Source: a bacterium (lineage in GTDB: Bacteria > Patescibacteriota > Minisyncoccia > Phycocordibacterales > UBA918). Taken from it: a stretch of 64,000 bases of DNA. A model generated the notes under the pieces. It ran no database searches. It had not been told where the DNA came from and saw only the letters and a program-made list of their open reading frames with translations. The stretch is taken from contig JAYSUD010000005.1 of NCBI GenBank assembly GCA_043719295.1, forward strand, positions 98,077 through 162,076, given 5' to 3'. How positions within the stretch are numbered: position 1 is the stretch's first letter; each line of letters starts with the position of its first letter. This document shows positions 60,244 to 64,000 of the stretch, piece by piece. The position numbers were made by a program, and so were the translations under genes.

Positions 60244-60648
60244 AGAAAAAAGGTGTATCGTAATTGTAGCATCATCTCTTCTATTTTATTTTCTTTTTTA
60301 CGCATTTATACACACATTGAATCTCTATAATTTTTAGAAACTCATTTGCATTATTTAAAAAAGTGATCAGTTGTGTCTAAAGGTGTGGTCTTTGTTTTTA
60401 GCCATATCTGTGGTACATTGCATGTATCAACAGTTAGTGCTGTGAGGTGTACAAAGTGAGGGCTTCGTATACGCTAGGACAAACGAAAATGGCACACTTC
60501 TTCGTTGTACTACACAAAATAATCCTCGATGTACAACAACGTACACCTCGTTTTATTTTGTTTGTACGTCTCGAATTGCACTCATTTTCATTTGTCCTAC
60601 ATAGACCAGGAGTTCCCGCTCCGCCAATTATAAAATAAGATCATCTAC

Positions 60649-61323
60649 TTGATAACAGAACGCAAACAATATAGCCAGAAAGATAAAACTCGAATTAACC
60701 ATGCCATTCGTGCAAAAGAACTGCGCGTCATTGGGTCACAAGGAGAGAATCTTGGTGTTATTACTGTAGAAGAAGCACTTAAAGAAGCAGATCGGGTAAA
60801 CCTTGATCTTATTGAAATTTCTCCAAACGCCAAACCTCCTGTTGCGAAGATTATGGACTTCGGTCAATATCGCTACGAAACAAAGCGAAAGGCAAACGAA
60901 GTAAAGCTAAAATCACACGTCACAGAGACTAAGAGTGTCCAAGTAAAGATTGGAACCGGTGAACACGATCAACAGCTCAAAGCCAAGCGTTCAGCAGAAT
61001 GGCTCAACGAAGGCCATCGAGTAAAAGTAGACCTATTCCTCTCAGGGAGATACAAGTACATGGAACAAGGGTTCCTTAAAGAGCGACTCGAGCGTTTCTT
61101 GAAGATTATCCCTGCCGAGTACAAGCTTGCAGATGAAATCAAAAAAAGTCCTAAAGGATTCAGTGTGACCCTTGAACGTGTCGGAAAAAGTGTCAAAGCA
61201 CCGAAGATTATTAAGGAAAGTGATGTTGTAAAAGCTGAGGTACCAGAAGAAACAACAACAGAAACTGTTTCCAAATCAAAGAAAAAGACCCTCGACGAGC
61301 TACTCGATCTCGGAATGGTGTAA
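60649..61323 (+). CDS. infC: translation initiation factor IF-3 (non-ATG start, TTG)
   Basis: RINHAIRAKELRVIG...ISPNAKPPVAKIMDFG IF-3 N and C domains; Lys/Glu-rich C-terminal extension. Confidence 0.85.
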   Translation: MITERKQYSQKDKTRINHAIRAKELRVIGSQGENLGVITVEEALKEADRVNLDLIEISPNAKPPVAKIMDFGQYRYETKRKANEVKLKSHVTETKSVQVKIGTGEHDQQLKAKRSAEWLNEGHRVKVDLFLSGRYKYMEQGFLKERLERFLKIIPAEYKLADEIKKSPKGFSVTLERVGKSVKAPKIIKESDVVKAEVPEETTTETVSKSKKKTLDELLDLGMV

Positions 61324-61521
61324 CATAAACGCGTTTTTTAAGCCCATCTGCGTCGTTGCCTGCGTCATAAAAAAGTTCAACGTACTCAATGTACGTCTCA
61401 CATTTTTATTCCTTGTCGCCTCGCATCTGAACCTAAAAACCACGTTTATAGAAATTAAGTGGACAAATTGAGCAGAATACGCTATAGTTCTCCCACTTTT
61501 TGCCTTATAAAGTCAATTATT

Positions 61522-61713
61522 ATGAAAACAAACAAGTCATATACCAAACGTCTGAAAGTAACTAAAAACGGTAAGATTATTGCTCGAAAAGCAGGTCAAA
61601 ACCACTTTAATGCACGACAGACTGGACAACAGCGACTTCGCCGAAAGCGAACACAGCTCTTGAACCTTTCAAAGAGAATTACCCGTCGTTTCCTTCCAAG
61701 TACCGGTGCGTAA
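61522..61713 (+). CDS. rpmI: 50S ribosomal protein L35
   Basis: MKTNKSYTKRLKVTKNGKI... L35 pattern; start at internal Met. Confidence 0.8.
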   Translation: MKTNKSYTKRLKVTKNGKIIARKAGQNHFNARQTGQQRLRRKRTQLLNLSKRITRRFLPSTGA

Positions 61714-61747
61714 GCGTTTATCAGTTAATTAATCTAATACCAATACT

Positions 61748-62092
61748 ATGTCACGAGTAAAAGGAGGAATCATGGCCGCAAAACGCCGCCGAAATATCCT
61801 CGAACAAGTAAAAGGCTACCGATTCGGTCGTGGAACCAAGAAGCGACAAGCACGTGAAGCTATCTACCATGCACAACTGCACTCTTTTGCGCACCGTAAA
61901 GATAAAAAGAATGACTTCCGTCGACTTTGGATCTCACGAATCAACGCAGCACTCCAAGGACACGAAATGAAGTACAGCATCTTCATCAATACGCTATTAA
62001 AGAAAGAAATCAAACTCGACCGAAAGGTACTTGCAACACTCGCAAACGAACGCCCAGAAGCATTCAACCGAGTAATCGCGCAGGTTAAATAA
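61748..62092 (+). CDS. rplT: 50S ribosomal protein L20
   Basis: MSRVKGG...FRRLWISRINAA L20 signature. Confidence 0.9.
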   Translation: MSRVKGGIMAAKRRRNILEQVKGYRFGRGTKKRQAREAIYHAQLHSFAHRKDKKNDFRRLWISRINAALQGHEMKYSIFINTLLKKEIKLDRKVLATLANERPEAFNRVIAQVK

Positions 62093-62109
62093 TTCACTTC
62101 TAACGATAT

Positions 62110-62146
62110 AAAAAGCAACATCCTTTGGGATGTTGCTTTTTATTTT
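62110..62146. terminator. rho-independent terminator after rplT (AGCAACATCC-TTTG-GGATGTTGCT + T-run)
   Basis: 10-bp stem plus TTTTT. Confidence 0.65.
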
Positions 62147-62170
62147 ATTGGTTTTTCTCTTTGACTCATT

Positions 62171-63532
62171 TCAGAACTCAATCTCCACTTCTTGATTGAG
62201 ACTTGGCGCAACTGCGTTAAGTCCTAGGTAATCTCGCAAACGTTGGACTAAAAACAATGACGATTTCTCTTCACCCATAGTGACGAAGATTTGTTTTGCT
62301 TTATCTTTACCCCCTGCCACAGTTTCAAGTAATTGGTCACGGTCGGCGTGGCCTGAAAATCCACGTATCATAGCAATCTCAGCTTTTACTTTTACAAACT
62401 CCCCATCAATATTTACCTTCTTCGCACCGTCACTTAAAATGCGCCCAAGACTTCCAAGTGCCTGATATCCCACAAGTAACACTGTGGTGTTTTTGTCATC
62501 GAGGTAGTTCTTCTCGTGCATACGAATTCGCCCTCCGTGACTCATGCCACTTCCTGCGATAATTATCTTTGCTCCTTTGTGGTTTTTTATTTCTTGTGAA
62601 TCTTTAACTCCTTTAGTGAACGATAGTCCCTCAAAATCGAAAATATCATCACCTGCTTTAATCTGTTCTTGTACTTCAGTCTTTAAGTACTCAGTATATT
62701 TTCGATAGACATCGGTGACCGTAATGGCTAAGGGCGAATCTAAGAAAACCGGCAGGGGTTCAATGAGTCCTTGCTCTACCATGTTGTTTATTTCAAGGAG
62801 CATCCCTTGAGTACGCTCAAGTGAAAAAGCTGGAATAATGAGTGTTCCCCCTCTTTTCTGTGTGGCGACAATATACTGCTGTAAAAGTGAAGAGCGTTCT
62901 TTTACTTCTTCGTGCACACGGTCACCATAGACACTTTCCATGACCATGTACTCATACTCACTTGGGATAACGGGTGCGTTTAGAAGTGGTTGCGGGATAT
63001 TTCCTATGTCTCCAGTAAATACAATCTTCTTTCCTTCCTTTTGTAGATGTACCATCCCTGAACCAAGAATGTGTCCTGCATCGGTGTAGTGCATAGTAAC
63101 ACCATCTTTGAGGGTAACTTCTTCATTATATGAGACACGTCGCCAAAGCGTTACTGCCATATCAATATCTTCAGTGCCATAAATCACTTTACTTCCATAT
63201 TTTTCTTTTTCATATTCCATTACCTTGAGTGCGTCGCGGAGCATAATGTGTGCCAAGTCAAAGGTTGGAAACGTGGAATAAATAGTTCCTCTAAAGCCAT
63301 CTTTTACCAGTTTCGGGATACGACCAATGTGGTCAGCGTGTGCGTGAGTAACCAATAAGAAATCAATGTCAGCTGGATTATAGACAAATGGAAGCGCGTT
63401 ACTTTCTTGTACAAACCGATCTCCTTGCACCAGTCCACAATCAACTAAAATTGCAACGTTCCCTGTATCAAGTAAAAAGTTAGCCCCTGTTACACTCCCT
63501 ACTCCTCCATAAAAACCCAATGTTGATGACAT
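62171..63532 (-). CDS. beta-CASP metallo-beta-lactamase-fold ribonuclease (RNase J-like)
   Basis: HAHADH MBL motif plus beta-CASP region; 453 aa. Confidence 0.7.
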   Translation of the reverse strand: MSSTLGFYGGVGSVTGANFLLDTGNVAILVDCGLVQGDRFVQESNALPFVYNPADIDFLLVTHAHADHIGRIPKLVKDGFRGTIYSTFPTFDLAHIMLRDALKVMEYEKEKYGSKVIYGTEDIDMAVTLWRRVSYNEEVTLKDGVTMHYTDAGHILGSGMVHLQKEGKKIVFTGDIGNIPQPLLNAPVIPSEYEYMVMESVYGDRVHEEVKERSSLLQQYIVATQKRGGTLIIPAFSLERTQGMLLEINNMVEQGLIEPLPVFLDSPLAITVTDVYRKYTEYLKTEVQEQIKAGDDIFDFEGLSFTKGVKDSQEIKNHKGAKIIIAGSGMSHGGRIRMHEKNYLDDKNTTVLLVGYQALGSLGRILSDGAKKVNIDGEFVKVKAEIAMIRGFSGHADRDQLLETVAGGKDKAKQIFVTMGEEKSSLFLVQRLRDYLGLNAVAPSLNQEVEIEF

Positions 63533-63538
63533 GCGCTA

Positions 63539-63916
63539 TTATTTTAAATTACGTAAACTAGAACCTACATAATACCCTACCACTGCACCACATAAGCCCA
63601 TGAGCATATCGAGTACTGTGTCAGAAACAAAGGTGTCTTCAATAGGCACGCCCGCAAAGTATTCAAAAACCTCCCAAGCTACTGCTGTAAGTAACACAAA
63701 GAAAACAATCTTAGAGAGGGTAAGTAAACTGCTTTTGATAATACGCAAATCAGCAAGCGTAAATAAACCGAGCGCAACAACTACTCCACCAAACAAATGC
63801 ATTGCAATATCAAACCACCAGAAGTGCCAATACAATGACAGTGTTAGGGCAATTTGATGCAATACCGCAAGCATTGAAAATGCTATGAGAAAAAAGGTTG
63901 TCGTAATCTGTACCAT
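63539..63916 (-). CDS. hypothetical membrane protein (4 TM)
   Basis: ORF only. Confidence 0.3.
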   Translation of the reverse strand: MVQITTTFFLIAFSMLAVLHQIALTLSLYWHFWWFDIAMHLFGGVVVALGLFTLADLRIIKSSLLTLSKIVFFVLLTAVAWEVFEYFAGVPIEDTFVSDTVLDMLMGLCGAVVGYYVGSSLRNLK

Positions 63917-64000
63917 GTTCTCATTCTACCATACGAAAAAATGTGTAAAATAAGGAGCGTAGCGAATATATTTTTCATACGTATAATTTTTTATTTCTAA

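Noticed and set aside
59693-60337. 214-aa plus-strand ORF antisense to 59719-60243
   Set aside because: It is a Thr/Ala/Val-rich shadow ORF of the minus-strand gene, which has the more protein-like basic N-terminus, TM and acidic tail. Only one can be real.

Overview
This 64-kb window looks like a small, AT-rich (~37-42% GC by manual counts of sample lines) CPR/Patescibacteria-type genome, and is mostly minus-strand coding. Its core is a complete type IV pilus/competence locus (pilM-N-O-x-pilB-response regulator-pilT-pilC, two tandem major pilins, prepilin peptidase pilD, four minor pilins, comFC). Two toxin-antitoxin modules (mazF-like and brnT/brnA) are embedded inside that locus. Housekeeping genes include gatC-gatA, ligA, recQ, recG, ftsH, smpB plus a 393-nt tmRNA, infC-rpmI-rplT, malic enzyme, and pyrD-pyrC. 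There are six tRNA genes and one tmRNA. The most unusual content is three concentrations of selfish or foreign DNA. First, four of the six tRNA genes have a LAGLIDADG-type homing endonuclease gene directly next to them; one of these, a tRNA-Asp, also carries a ~239-nt group I-like intron in its anticodon loop. Second, tRNA-Ser x2, tRNA-Asp and tmRNA each share the same scar-like layout: an inverted copy of their own 3' end immediately downstream, then a degenerate direct copy 130-190 bp further on. Third, a GC-rich island (39.1-42.7 kb, ~55-57% GC in sampled lines) of hypothetical genes sits between the malic enzyme gene and recG; a smaller GC-elevated block carries pyrD-pyrC. Other findings: a Ser-type tRNA with anticodon ACU, a tRNA-Ile(UAU), a recurring TTCGCTTCGCTC intergenic motif, a repeat-rich hairpin-forming leader upstream of ligA, a ~100-nt conserved element present twice, and SET-domain, cohesin/dockerin and HEPN-like proteins. 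No CRISPR array or rRNA gene is present.
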